Notes under the pieces: generated by a model
Database searches by the model: none
What the model saw: only the letters and a program-made list of their open reading frames with translations
Told to the model about the DNA's origin: nothing
Part shown: positions 8,194 to 18,600 of the stretch, piece by piece
Layout of the letters: each line of letters starts with the position of its first letter
Numbering within the stretch: the stretch's first letter is position 1
Origin: an uncultured Collinsella sp.
Lineage (GTDB): Bacteria; Actinomycetota; Coriobacteriia; Coriobacteriales; Coriobacteriaceae
NCBI GenBank assembly: GCA_900543045.1
Contig: UQPT01000002.1
Location: forward strand, 17,646-81,645
Direction: 5' to 3'
Length of the DNA: 64,000 nt
Translations under genes and position numbers: made by a program

Positions 8194-10689
8194 TTAGCTA
8201 ATTCCCACAAACATGCAGCCCGAGGTGGCGCCGCGCAGGCGGGCGGCCGGCTTGCGGCCGGCTTGAGCCGCCTCGACAGCGCGACGGACGCGAGCGACGG
8301 CACGGCCAATCTCATCGGCCTCGAGCAAGGTTCCGTCGACCATAAGACGGCGCACGCCGGCATCGAGCAGCTGCGGAACTTGCGGCGTGAGGTCGATGGG
8401 GTAGGCGTCGTACAGGCGTGAGCGGCCGTGGATGTCGGTACGCACCGGCATGACCTTGCCGTCGATATTCTTGAGCGAGAGCTTGCGGGCACGCAGGCGG
8501 CAGTTGGCACAATCGTGGATGCAGCCGTTGGCAACCTGCAGAATGCAATGCTCGCTTGTCATGACGCGCGGGCGGCCAAAGACGGTGATGCCCAGAGCCG
8601 CGGGCGCGGCGGTGCCGAGTGAGACGATCTCGTCGAGCGTGATCTCGGGCGAGAGCCAAAACGCACCGGCTCCGCGCTCGGCAAGCGCCTCCATGCAGGG
8701 CGTGTTGTGCACCGGCAGGCAAGAGCGAATCTCGGCCGTGGCGCCAACCTGGGCGGCCAGGGCAAGCTCAGAGATGTTGCCAATAGCGACCGTGGCGCCG
8801 GCAACAACCCATGGGTCAACGCGGACGTGGTCAACGGCGCGGCAGACCTCATCGAGCACGGGTACGATGCCCTGCTCAAACGTATCGGCGGGGGAGAGCT
8901 TGGCCGCATCGAGCGCGTCGGTGGTCATGTAGATGCGCGTTGCACCCTCCGCCCGCGCTGCCTCGGCGGCCTCGAGCGAGGTGACGGTGGCGCAGATCTG
9001 CGGCTCGTCGCGGTAGTGCTCGGGCGCGGGGCGGGAATCACTGGTGACAATCGCCGGCAGCTCGAGCGTTTTCGCGCGCTCCGCGTACGGCGCCAGAATG
9101 GCCTCTTCCAGCGCCTTGCAAGCGGCGGCGCGCACCTTATGTACGGCGGAGAAACCCATGCCACAGCCCTCATCGAGCGCCACCTCAAAGCTCGCAGCCT
9201 CAAAGGGAGAGGAACCCATGCGGCCGACGTGCTCAACCAGATCGGACGCCTCGACCGCACGGGTCTTGGCGGCTTCGACGGTAAAGCCCGTGGCCGTGGC
9301 CGTAAGCGAAGGGTCGTCGCAGCAGGTGAGCGTAACGGTAAACGGCTCGCCCAGACGCGCCACGACGGACACATCAACAGCTCGGCGGCGCAGCACATCG
9401 CGCTTGAGCGCGGCGCCGGCGGCGTCGATGGCACGCTGACTGCGAATCACGCGGACGCGGCAGCCCTCGGGCATGCTGCGGGGTACGCGACATTCGATGA
9501 CTTCACCGGCTGCGGCATCATCGGCGGCAATGGTGGTCAGGAACTGGTCAAACTCGTTATCGTGGCGAAGCTCCAGCAGGTCGCCCTTGCCCACGGGCTC
9601 AAACAGCTCAATACGGGCGATGGCGGCGCGGCGACGGCGGTCGTCGGGCTTGAGGCCGCGCACATCGCGGTTGGCCGGGCGGCTGCCCAGCACCGTGCCC
9701 ACGATCTGGCCGCGGTTGTTGGAACGCTCATAGCTCATCATCTCGTCGCCCGAGGTGCCGTCCTGATAGGCGTGCGTAAAGTCGCGGTTAAAGCAGCGCT
9801 TGAGCTGGCGCTGGCGGGCGTCTTTCTCGTCCTTGGCAACGGTGGTTCCGGCCAGCATGTCATCAATCTGATGACGATACACGTCGACGATGGAATACAC
9901 GTAATCGGGCGCCTTCATGCGGCCCTCGAGCTTGAGCGACGCGGCGCCGGCGTCATACAGGCGGCGAACAAGTTGTGAAGTGTTGGTGTCACGCGGGCAC
10001 AGCGCGCGCTCGCGACCGGCAGGGGAGAGCGAGCGACCGTTCTCGTCGATCAGCTCGTAGGGCAAGCGGCAGGGCTGGGCGCACATGCCACGGTTGGCCG
10101 ATCGTCCCGCCATGGCAAAGCTCGAAAGCAGACACAGGCCAGAGTAGCAAAAGCAGATGGCGCCATGGCTAAAGACCTCAAGGTCCACATCGGGCGCGGC
10201 ATCGTGAATGGCGGCAATCTCGTCGATGGAAAGCTCGCGCGAGAGGGTCACGCGGTCGGCGCCCTGCTCGCGGCACCAAAGGGTTCCGCGGTCGTCGTGG
10301 ATGTTCGCCTGGGTCGAGATATGCGTCTCGATGCCGGGCATCGTGCGCTTGACCTCAAAGAACAGGCCCCAGTCCTGGATGATGAAGGCGTCGGCGCCCA
10401 GCGTGGAGCAGCGATGGATGAGCTGCAGCGCATCGCTCATCTCGGATTCCTTGATGACGATGTTGACCGTGACGTAGACGCGCGAGCCGGCCAGATGCGC
10501 GGCGCGGCAGGCCTGCTCAAAGGCCTCGTCGGTAAAGTTGGTGGCCTTGCGGCGTGCGTTGAAGCTGCCCATGCCGCAGTAGATGGCGTCTGCCCCGGCG
10601 GCGAGCGCGGCGGCAAAGGGCTCCGGGCCTCCGGCGGGGGCCAAGAGTTCGGGTCTGCGGTTGGTGGTTCGACTGGCGGTTGCGGTCAT
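8194..10689 (-). CDS. Peptidase U32 family protein, RlhA-like 23S rRNA hydroxylase
   Basis: ELLAPAG, HISTQ, EVFSHGAICFCYSGLC, SANRGMCAQPCR (Fe-S Cys) and LKLEGRMK; long C-terminal extension typical of the RlhA type. Confidence 0.85.
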   Translation of the reverse strand: MTATASRTTNRRPELLAPAGGPEPFAAALAAGADAIYCGMGSFNARRKATNFTDEAFEQACRAAHLAGSRVYVTVNIVIKESEMSDALQLIHRCSTLGADAFIIQDWGLFFEVKRTMPGIETHISTQANIHDDRGTLWCREQGADRVTLSRELSIDEIAAIHDAAPDVDLEVFSHGAICFCYSGLCLLSSFAMAGRSANRGMCAQPCRLPYELIDENGRSLSPAGRERALCPRDTNTSQLVRRLYDAGAASLKLEGRMKAPDYVYSIVDVYRHQIDDMLAGTTVAKDEKDARQRQLKRCFNRDFTHAYQDGTSGDEMMSYERSNNRGQIVGTVLGSRPANRDVRGLKPDDRRRRAAIARIELFEPVGKGDLLELRHDNEFDQFLTTIAADDAAAGEVIECRVPRSMPEGCRVRVIRSQRAIDAAGAALKRDVLRRRAVDVSVVARLGEPFTVTLTCCDDPSLTATATGFTVEAAKTRAVEASDLVEHVGRMGSSPFEAASFEVALDEGCGMGFSAVHKVRAAACKALEEAILAPYAERAKTLELPAIVTSDSRPAPEHYRDEPQICATVTSLEAAEAARAEGATRIYMTTDALDAAKLSPADTFEQGIVPVLDEVCRAVDHVRVDPWVVAGATVAIGNISELALAAQVGATAEIRSCLPVHNTPCMEALAERGAGAFWLSPEITLDEIVSLGTAAPAALGITVFGRPRVMTSEHCILQVANGCIHDCANCRLRARKLSLKNIDGKVMPVRTDIHGRSRLYDAYPIDLTPQVPQLLDAGVRRLMVDGTLLEADEIGRAVARVRRAVEAAQAGRKPAARLRGATSGCMFVGIS

Positions 10690-10860
10690 ATCCTGCCTTT
10701 CAAAATGCTCAGATACTCAAAAGTATAGTGGTGCCGTCGCGGCAGGCGATGCCCGTGCTCTAAGCGGGATAAAGTCTTCAGCAGCTTGGACTGGCTGCTT
10801 CACATGAGAACCGTTCAGCGGTCCGGGGAAACCGTTGGGCGATAAAATATTCTCGCAACG

Positions 10861-10879
10861 TGATAATAATCTTGCATCG
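10861..10879. promoter_or_regulatory. Candidate purine-cluster operator upstream of ridA
   Basis: TGATAATAATCTTGCATCG resembles the TGATAA-N7-TTATCA-like sites at 12175, 12361 and 35615. Confidence 0.4.
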
Positions 10880-10987
10880 CGCGGAAACCTTGAGTACTAT
10901 CCCAATCAAGCGCGGTGTTCAGACCGAACTGTGCCTCCCGGTGTGAACGCCGCGCTCCCGTTCCCTTTTACTTGTAAGGAGAAAAAC

Positions 10988-11365
10988 ATGAGCAAGACCG
11001 TCGTGTCTTCCGATAACGCACCCGCAGCCATCGGCCCGTATTCCCCCGGTATCCAGACTGGCAACATGGTGTTTCTGTCCGGCCAGCTGGGCATCGATCC
11101 CGCGACCGGCAAGCTGCCCGAGGGTGTCGAGGCCCAGGCTAAGCAGTCCCTTGCTAATGTCGAGGCCCTGCTGACCGCTGCCGGCGCCACCTTTGCCGAT
11201 GTCGTCAAGACCACAGTCTACCTGGCTGACATTGTCGACTTCGCTGCCGTAAACGAGATCTACGCCTCCAAGTTCGAGGCCCCGTTCCCCGCGCGCAGCG
11301 CTTTCCAGGTTGCCGCTCTTCCGGCTGGCGGTCTGGTCGAGATCGAGGTTGTCGCCGCTCTCTAA
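10988..11365 (+). CDS. ridA: RidA family enamine/imine deaminase
   Basis: APAAIGPYS, SGQLG, VVKTTVYL, PARS and LP.GGLVEIE motifs; RBS AAGGAG. Confidence 0.9.
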   Translation: MSKTVVSSDNAPAAIGPYSPGIQTGNMVFLSGQLGIDPATGKLPEGVEAQAKQSLANVEALLTAAGATFADVVKTTVYLADIVDFAAVNEIYASKFEAPFPARSAFQVAALPAGGLVEIEVVAAL

Positions 11366-11394
11366 GGTGTTGGTAACAACTAAACATGACATGC

Positions 11395-11434
11395 AAAAAG
11401 ACCCTGCAGCGCGTGCGAGCTGCAGGGTCTTTTG
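11395..11434. terminator. Bidirectional intrinsic terminator
   Basis: AAAAGACCCTGCAGC / GCTGCAGGGTCTTTT between convergent genes. Confidence 0.8.
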
Positions 11435-11487
11435 TCAAGCGATGCGACAAAAATGATCCGTTTCCCTTCGTCCCCAAGGGATCACGT

Positions 11488-12150
11488 TTAGCCCTCCTTG
11501 CGAACTTTTTGCAGGTAGCGGTAGACGCTGGGCTCCGAGATGCCCAGCGCGGTGGCGGCGCAGGCCACGGCGCCCTTGAGCATAAACACGCCGTTGCCGT
11601 TGAGGTGGCGAATGACGTCCACGCGGTCGCTCTGGCCAAGCGACGCTACATCCAGCCCGCGCGCGCTCAGCAACTCGGCAATGCTGCGGTCGATGAGCTC
11701 CTGTGTGGACTCCGAAAGGCTTTCGACCTCGATAGGGGCGGGCTCCGTGCGCGTCGGCGCCGCGTCGAAGCAGGCCATGAGCTGCTGTGCCATGGCGTTG
11801 ATGGAGCGCACGGTCGAGAGATCGGTGTTGACGCAGAGCATGCCGACGATCTCTTTATCCTCGCGGATAAAGTACGTCGCTGACTCCAACGTCTTGCCAC
11901 CGGCACCGCGCCCCTCATAGCCCGTAATAAACGGCAGGTCGCGATACTTTGGGTCGTGCATGATCTTGAGCGCCAGATCGGTGGCGGGACCGCCGACCTT
12001 ACGGCCGCTCACGATGCCGTTGCGAATATCGACGATGGCGTGGTCGGGATCCGAGAAATCGTGCAGCACGATCTCGCTGTTTTTGCCGAGTATCTGCTCC
12101 AGGAAATCGACCATCGGCAAAAAGCGACGTACGGTCTCGTTCACGGGCAA
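11488..12150 (-). CDS. YheO/DauR-like PAS + HTH transcriptional regulator
   Basis: EIVLHD, NGIVSGRKVGGPATD, LESATYFIR, GMLCVN and C-terminal GVFMLKGAV...LGISEPSVYRYL. Confidence 0.9.
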   Translation of the reverse strand: MPVNETVRRFLPMVDFLEQILGKNSEIVLHDFSDPDHAIVDIRNGIVSGRKVGGPATDLALKIMHDPKYRDLPFITGYEGRGAGGKTLESATYFIREDKEIVGMLCVNTDLSTVRSINAMAQQLMACFDAAPTRTEPAPIEVESLSESTQELIDRSIAELLSARGLDVASLGQSDRVDVIRHLNGNGVFMLKGAVACAATALGISEPSVYRYLQKVRKEG

Positions 12151-12174
12151 CTCCTTTGGGTGAAAGCGGAAGTT

Positions 12175-12193
12175 TCATAACAATTTTTTCTCA
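12175..12193. promoter_or_regulatory. Candidate operator at the regulator side of the divergent promoter
   Basis: TCATAACAATTTTTTCTCA, a 19-bp imperfect palindrome of the same motif family. Confidence 0.45.
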
Positions 12194-12360
12194 TGGTAAC
12201 ACGCTGCTCATCATCTCGTATATCCGCAGGTACATGACGTAATGCAGACGAACGGTATGATTTTGGCGGTAAACGGTTGACCAAAAGAAAAGTTAGATGC
12301 TATTTTGACCAGACACTTTCCTGACCTGCGGAAATGCATTATCTCAGCTGAAGAATAGTC

Positions 12361-12379
12361 TGATAACAAAAAATTATTA
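12361..12379. promoter_or_regulatory. Candidate operator upstream of the permease-ssnA-ygfK-xdh operon
   Basis: TGATAACAAAAAATTATTA. Confidence 0.5.
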
Positions 12380-12495
12380 TTGAGAATGAGAATCATCTTT
12401 AATACGATATGCAACGAAGGCACAACCTCAACCCCGCACTGCGTCACAATAGGGCGTTAGATGCGAAAACAACTATTTCGAGGATTGGTGGTCAA

Positions 12496-13890
12496 ATGAC
12501 CCAGGAGACGGTTACGAACGGCACTGAAGCCCTGTTCACTCGTGAAGGCATGCCTCCCGTTAAGGAAATGATCCCGTGTGCCCTTCAGCACGTACTGGCA
12601 TCGTTTGCCGGCATCATCACCCCGGCTGTCATCATGGCCGGCGTCTACGGCTTTAATAGCCAGCAGAGCACCGACATCATCCAGGTCGCGCTCATTCTTT
12701 CGGCGATCGACACGGCCCTTCAGGCCTTTGCCCCCTTCCGTCGCATCGGCGGCGGCCTGCCCATCGTCATGGGCGTTTCGTTCGCGTTCCTCCCGGCCCT
12801 GCAGGCCATGGGCGCCTCGGGCTTTAGCTTTGGCGCGCTGTTGGGCGGCGAGATTGTCGGCGGTGCCGTCGCGGTCCTCTTTGGTCTGGCCTACAGCAAG
12901 ATTAAGTGGCTGTTCCCACCCGTCGTGACCGGTACGGTCATCTTCTCCATCGGCGTTTCGCTGTATCCCACGGCCGTCAAGTATATGGCCGGCGGTATGG
13001 GTACGCCACTGTGGGGCACCCCGCAGGCCTGGTGCGTCGCTCTTATCACCTTCGCCGTGGTCTTTGCGCTCGCCAACTTTGGCAAGGGCACGCTCAAGCT
13101 GGGATCCGTGTTCTTTGGCATGATCGTTGGCATGATCGTCTCCATCCCCTTTGGCATGATCGACTTCTCAAGCGTCGCCACCGCTCAGGTCTTCGCCCTT
13201 CCCAAGCTCATGCCCTATGCGCTCGAGTTTGATCCCGAGGTCTGCATTACCCTCGCCGTCGTGTTCCCCATGGTTGCCATCCAGGTTATCGGCGACGTCT
13301 CCGCCGCCTGCCTGGGCTCCATCGACCGTATGCCCACCGAGCGCGAGCTCTCCGGCGCTATCGTGTCCCAGGGCCTCACCTCTATGGTCGGCGGCCTGCT
13401 GGGCGGTCTTCCCACCAGCGCCCTTGGCCAGAACGTGGGCATCATCTGCTCCAACAAGGTCGTCAACAAGTGGGTCTTTGTGATCATTGCGGCCGTCTTT
13501 GCCATCGCCGGTCTGTTCCCGCAGCTCTCTGCCGTCCTTTCCGCTATCCCGCAGCCCGTCATCGGCGGCGCGACCGTCGGCGTCTTTGGCACCATTACCA
13601 TGAACGGCGTGCGCATGTTCACCCGCGAGGGCCTCACGCAGCGCACTACCACCATCGTCGGTACCTCCGTCGTCTTTGGCCTGGGTATCTGGATGGCCAG
13701 CGGTTGCCTTGCCGGCGAGGGTATGCCCGCCTGGGTGTCCACCGTCATCGGCTCCAATGCCGTAACCCCCACCGCCATCATGGCCATCGTCCTTAACCTG
13801 ATTCTTCCGCAGACGCCGGTCGTGGCTCAGCACATCGATGCTGCCAAGGACGCTGCCGTGGATCTGGTCTTGCCCGAGAGCAAGAAGTAA
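12496..13890 (+). CDS. NCS2 (uracil-xanthine) purine permease
   Basis: TM1 LQH motif, LPIVMGVSFAF, PPVVTG and NAT motif GQNVG; multiple TM segments. Confidence 0.92.
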   Translation: MTQETVTNGTEALFTREGMPPVKEMIPCALQHVLASFAGIITPAVIMAGVYGFNSQQSTDIIQVALILSAIDTALQAFAPFRRIGGGLPIVMGVSFAFLPALQAMGASGFSFGALLGGEIVGGAVAVLFGLAYSKIKWLFPPVVTGTVIFSIGVSLYPTAVKYMAGGMGTPLWGTPQAWCVALITFAVVFALANFGKGTLKLGSVFFGMIVGMIVSIPFGMIDFSSVATAQVFALPKLMPYALEFDPEVCITLAVVFPMVAIQVIGDVSAACLGSIDRMPTERELSGAIVSQGLTSMVGGLLGGLPTSALGQNVGIICSNKVVNKWVFVIIAAVFAIAGLFPQLSAVLSAIPQPVIGGATVGVFGTITMNGVRMFTREGLTQRTTTIVGTSVVFGLGIWMASGCLAGEGMPAWVSTVIGSNAVTPTAIMAIVLNLILPQTPVVAQHIDAAKDAAVDLVLPESKK

Positions 13891-14085
13891 CCAATTCGGT
13901 GCTATTCGTCGGCGGACGCATCGCCTCGTCCGCCGACGTCATGCGGCGTCAAGCCGCACTTCAAAGGGTTTGTCCCTTTGGTGAAGCGTTGACGGGAGAG
14001 GGCCCGTTTCCGGTGTAGGCCGGCGCTTCGCACTCCGCCATGTCAGAGGTGTCAAACCCCGCCTCTGATGTTGAAGGGAGCATTC

Positions 14086-15441
14086 ATGCTTCTGGTCGCT
14101 AACGGTTCCGTTTTTACCCGCAACGCTCAGACCCCGTTCATTCCCAACGGTGCGGTCGCCATTGACGGAGATACGATCGTCGAAGTGGGCCCCGAGTGCG
14201 AGCTCAAGGCCAAGTACCCGGATGCCGAGTACGTCGACGCCCAAGGCAACCTCATCATGCCCGGACTCATTAACTGCCACACCCACATCTACTCGGGTCT
14301 GGCTCGCGGCCTTGCCATTAAGGGCTGCAACCCCACCAACTTCCTGGAGAATCTTGAGCAGCAGTGGTGGAAGATCGACGACAACCTGACGCTCGACGGC
14401 ACCAAGGCCAGCGCCTATGCCACGATTCTGGACTCCATCCGCGATGGCGTCACCACGATCTTCGATCACCACGCGAGCTTCTGCGAGATTCCGGGCAGCC
14501 TCTTTGCCATTAAGGATGCCGCGCAGGAGCTGGGCATGCGTTCGTGCCTGTGCTACGAGGTCTCCGACCGCCGCGGTCAGGAAAAATGCGACCAGGCCAT
14601 TGCCGAGAACGCCGAATTTGCCCAGTGGGCCGCCAAGGAGCGTCGCGATAACGACAACCACATGATCGCCGCCATGTTTGGCGGTCACGCCACCTTTACG
14701 CTTTCGGACGAGACCATGGACAAGATGGCCGAGGCCAACAACGGCCTGACCGGCTTCCACATCCATGTGTGCGAGGGCATGAATGACGTGTGGGACTCCC
14801 GCCTCAACCGCGGCGGCATCAGCCCCGTCGAGCGCTTGCTGCAGCATAACCTTCTGGGTCCCGACACCATGCTCGGCCACTGCATCCACGTGACGCCTGC
14901 CGAGATGGATATCGTCAAGGAGTCTGGCACCTGGCTCGTCAACAACCCCGAATCCAATATGGGCAACGCCGTGGGCTGCGCCCCCGTGCTCGAGTTCTTC
15001 CGCCGCGGCATCCCCGTGTGCATGGGCACCGACGCCTACACCCACGATATGCTCGAGAGCCTCAAGGTCTTCCTGATCATTCAGCGCCACAACGCCGCCA
15101 TGCCCAACGTGGGCTGGTGCGAGGCCATGACGATGCTCTTTGAGAACAACGCCAAGATGGCGAGCAAGTACTTCGATCGCAAGCTCGGCGTGCTCGAGGC
15201 CGGCGCTGCCGCCGACGTCATCGTTATGGACTACAAGCCCTTTACGCCGCTGAGCGAGGAGAACATCGACGGCCACATGCTCTTTGGCATGATGGGTAAA
15301 AACTGCCGTACCACCATCATCAATGGCCGCGTCCTGTACAAGGATCGCGAGTTTGTCGGTATCGATGAGGACAAGATCAACGCGTGGACCATGGCTGAGT
15401 CCAAAAAGCTCTGGAGCACGCTCAACGATCGCGCCTACTAG
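14086..15441 (+). CDS. ssnA: SsnA-like amidohydrolase
   Basis: PGLINCHTHIYSGLARG, GVTTIFDHHAS, HIHVCEG, NNPESNMGNAVG and GTD; directly upstream of ygfK. Confidence 0.9.
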   Translation: MLLVANGSVFTRNAQTPFIPNGAVAIDGDTIVEVGPECELKAKYPDAEYVDAQGNLIMPGLINCHTHIYSGLARGLAIKGCNPTNFLENLEQQWWKIDDNLTLDGTKASAYATILDSIRDGVTTIFDHHASFCEIPGSLFAIKDAAQELGMRSCLCYEVSDRRGQEKCDQAIAENAEFAQWAAKERRDNDNHMIAAMFGGHATFTLSDETMDKMAEANNGLTGFHIHVCEGMNDVWDSRLNRGGISPVERLLQHNLLGPDTMLGHCIHVTPAEMDIVKESGTWLVNNPESNMGNAVGCAPVLEFFRRGIPVCMGTDAYTHDMLESLKVFLIIQRHNAAMPNVGWCEAMTMLFENNAKMASKYFDRKLGVLEAGAAADVIVMDYKPFTPLSEENIDGHMLFGMMGKNCRTTIINGRVLYKDREFVGIDEDKINAWTMAESKKLWSTLNDRAY

Positions 15442-15589
15442 TTACAAGTAGATTCACGCGCGCCGGATGTTTCGCCGCATCCGACGCGCGTATAGGCGAC
15501 CTCCGCGGGGTCGCCGGCGCTGTGCTAGCGCTACACCGTATTTGCGCCCGCCGCGCGGTCTCGCCGGGCGTTACAGAGAGGAACTCACT

Positions 15590-18589
15590 ATGAGCGACAT
15601 CATGAGGCCGATCCCGTTTTCGCAGCTGATGAACTGGATCATCGAGGAGCATAAGACCCAGGACGCCATCTTTGGCGTGCGCAAGATGGTCACGACCAAC
15701 CAGGAGGGCGCGCTTCCCATTTTTGACGAGCGCATCGAGACCCCGTTTGGCCCGGCTGCCGGCCCCAACACGCAGCTTGCCCAGAACATCGTGGCATCCT
15801 ACGTGGCCGGTTCTCGTTTCTTTGAGCTCAAGACCGTCCAGGTTATGGACGGCGAGGAGCTCTCCAAGTGTGTGAACAAGCCCTGCATCGTGGCTCAGGA
15901 CGAGTGCTACAACTGCGAATGGTCGACCGAGCTCGAGGTTCCGCAGGCCTTTGCCGAGTACGTGAAGGCATGGTTTGCCTGCCACCTGATCGCTCGCGAG
16001 TACGGTCTGGGCAGCCCGGACGGCTTTGTCTTCAACATGTCCGTGGGTTATGACCTCGAGGGTATTAAGAGCCCCAAGGTCGACGCCTACATCGAGGGTA
16101 TGAAGGACGCCAGCGGCTCTGACGTCTGGAATGAGTGCCGCGCATGGGCGCTCGCCAACCTGGACAAGTTTGAGCATGTCGACGCCGCGTTTGTCGAGTC
16201 CATCCCGGCGCGCGTCTCCAACTCTATCACCGAGTCTACCCTGCACGGTTGCCCGCCAGCGGAGATCGAGCGCATCGCGACCTATCTGATCACCGAGAAG
16301 GGCCTCAACACCTACATCAAGTGCAACCCCACGCTGCTGGGCTATGAGTTTGCCCGCCAGCGCCTGAACGAGCTGGGCTTTGACTACATCGTCTTCGATG
16401 ACACGCACTTCCGCGAGGACCTGCAGTGGGCCGACGCCGTGCCCATGTTCGAGCGCCTGATTGCCCTGTGCGCCGAGCGCGGCCTGGAGTTTGGCGTCAA
16501 GCTGACCAACACGTTCCCCGTCGACGTGACGAGGAACGAGCTGCCCTCCACCGAGATGTACATGTCCGGTCGTTCGCTGTTCTCGCTGACCATCGAGGCC
16601 GCCCGCCGCATTACCGAGCAGTTCGATGGCAAGCTGCGCATCAGCTACTCCGGCGGTGCCACGGTCTACAACATCCGTGCCCTGTATGACGCCGGCATTT
16701 GGCCCGTTACCCTGGCGACTGACGTGCTCAAGCCCGGTGGCTACGAGCGCTTTAGCCAGATGGCCGGCGAGTTTGCCGACCTGGACGGCAAGCCGTTCGC
16801 GGGCGTCTCGCTCGAGGCCGTGACTGCGATCCAGACCGACTCGCTCACCAACCCGCTCTACAAGAAGCCGCTGCGCCCGCTGCCCGACCGCAAGGTCGCC
16901 GGCAAAAGCCCGCTTTCCGACTGCTTTACCACGCCGTGCCGCACGAGCTGCCCCATCCAGCAGGATATTCCCGCCTACCTGGCGGCTGTTGACGAGGGTC
17001 GCTACGAGGACGCGTTCAACATCATCATCGAGCGCAACGCCCTGCCGTTCATTACCGGCACCATCTGCCCGCATCCCTGCGGCCGTGCCTGCGAGCGTGC
17101 ATTCTACGAGCCCGAGGGCGCCCAGATTCGCGCCAGCAAGCTCAAGGCCGCCCGCGAGGCCATGACCGCCGTGCTGCCCAAGCTGCGCGCCCAGGCCATC
17201 GCCAACGACGGCGAGCGCAACGTTGCCGTTATCGGCGGCGGCCCGGCCGGCCTGGCGACGGCGTTCTTCCTGACGCGCGCCGGCGTGCCCGTCACCATCT
17301 TCGAGGCCCGCGACTCGCTCGGCGGCGTGGTCCGTCACGTGATCCCCGAGTTCCGTATTGCCAGCGACGATATCTCCCACGACGCCGAGCTTTGCCTGGC
17401 CTTTGGTGCCAAGGTTCAGCTCAACGCCCGCGTGGAGTCCATTGACGAGCTCAAGGCCCAGGGCTTTACCGACGTGGTCGTGGCCACCGGTGCCTGGATG
17501 CCCGGCTCTGCGGGCCTGGGCGAGGGTGCCGAGCTCGACGTGCTGGAGTTCCTCGAGGCCGCCAAGAAGGGCGAGAAGCTTGAGCTGGGCGAGGACGTCG
17601 TGGTCATTGGTGCCGGCAACACCGCCATGGACGCCGCCCGCGTGGCCAAGCGCCTGGCAGGCGTGAAGAACGTGCGCCTGGTGTATCGCCGCACCAAGAA
17701 GCAGATGCCCGCCGACGAGGAAGAGCTCGATCCTGCTCTTGCTGACGGCGTTGAGTTCTGCGAGCTGCTGGCGCCCAAGGTACTCAACGGCGCCGTGCTG
17801 ACCTGCGACGTTATGGAGCTTGGCGAGCCGGATGCAAGCGGTCGTCGCAGCCCCGTCGCCACGGGCGAGACCGTCGAGCTTTCCGCCACCACGGTGATTT
17901 GCGCCGTGGGCGAGGGCATCGATGCCAGCCTGTACGATGCCGCGGGCGTCGAGCACGACCGTCGCGGCCGCCTTGCCGCCACCTCCACCGGCGTCGAGGG
18001 CATTTGGGCTGCCGGTGACTGCCGCCGCGGTCCTGCCACCGTGGTCGAGGCTATCGCCGACGCCGCCGAGGTCGCCCGTGCCATTGCCGGCGTGGACTTT
18101 AACAAGTACGCCGACTGCAACGAGCAGGCCGGTCGCGAGGACACCTGCTACGAGCGCAAGGGGTCGCTATGCCGCGACAAGCGCAACTGCACCAAGACCC
18201 GCTGCCTGGGCTGCGGCTCGGTGTGCGAGGTCTGCTGCGACGTGTGCCCCAACCGCGCCAACGTGGCAATTAAGGTGCCGGGCCTGGCCAAGCATCAGGT
18301 GGTACATGTCGACGGCATGTGCAACGAGTGCGGCAACTGCGCCGTGTTCTGCCCCTACCAGGAGGGTCGTCCCTATAAGGACAAGCTCACCCTGTTCTGG
18401 AGCGAGCAGGACATGGAGAACTCCGAGAACGAGGGCTTCCTGGCTGTGGACGAGGACCACTTTAAAGTCCGCGTCGCCGGCACGGTCCGCACCGTCTCGG
18501 TCGATGCCGTCAACACCGGTCTTCCCGAGGCCGTCCGCCTGACCATCAGGGCCGTGCGCGACAACTATTCGTACCTTCTTAAGAAATAG
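15590..18589 (+). CDS. ygfK: YgfK-like flavin/Fe-S oxidoreductase (annotated as putative selenate reductase subunit)
   Basis: MSDIMRPIPF, GPAAGPNTQLAQN and YNCEWSTEL; GltD-like module with GGGPAG and GAGNTAMD; C-terminal 4Fe-4S Cys clusters. Confidence 0.92.
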   Translation: MSDIMRPIPFSQLMNWIIEEHKTQDAIFGVRKMVTTNQEGALPIFDERIETPFGPAAGPNTQLAQNIVASYVAGSRFFELKTVQVMDGEELSKCVNKPCIVAQDECYNCEWSTELEVPQAFAEYVKAWFACHLIAREYGLGSPDGFVFNMSVGYDLEGIKSPKVDAYIEGMKDASGSDVWNECRAWALANLDKFEHVDAAFVESIPARVSNSITESTLHGCPPAEIERIATYLITEKGLNTYIKCNPTLLGYEFARQRLNELGFDYIVFDDTHFREDLQWADAVPMFERLIALCAERGLEFGVKLTNTFPVDVTRNELPSTEMYMSGRSLFSLTIEAARRITEQFDGKLRISYSGGATVYNIRALYDAGIWPVTLATDVLKPGGYERFSQMAGEFADLDGKPFAGVSLEAVTAIQTDSLTNPLYKKPLRPLPDRKVAGKSPLSDCFTTPCRTSCPIQQDIPAYLAAVDEGRYEDAFNIIIERNALPFITGTICPHPCGRACERAFYEPEGAQIRASKLKAAREAMTAVLPKLRAQAIANDGERNVAVIGGGPAGLATAFFLTRAGVPVTIFEARDSLGGVVRHVIPEFRIASDDISHDAELCLAFGAKVQLNARVESIDELKAQGFTDVVVATGAWMPGSAGLGEGAELDVLEFLEAAKKGEKLELGEDVVVIGAGNTAMDAARVAKRLAGVKNVRLVYRRTKKQMPADEEELDPALADGVEFCELLAPKVLNGAVLTCDVMELGEPDASGRRSPVATGETVELSATTVICAVGEGIDASLYDAAGVEHDRRGRLAATSTGVEGIWAAGDCRRGPATVVEAIADAAEVARAIAGVDFNKYADCNEQAGREDTCYERKGSLCRDKRNCTKTRCLGCGSVCEVCCDVCPNRANVAIKVPGLAKHQVVHVDGMCNECGNCAVFCPYQEGRPYKDKLTLFWSEQDMENSENEGFLAVDEDHFKVRVAGTVRTVSVDAVNTGLPEAVRLTIRAVRDNYSYLLKK

Positions 18590-18600
18590 GCGAGTCTCTT

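Noticed and set aside
15590..18589. Selenate respiration
   Set aside because: The selenate reductase label for YgfK is a legacy annotation; the ssnA/ygeW/ygeY/dpaL context indicates purine catabolism.
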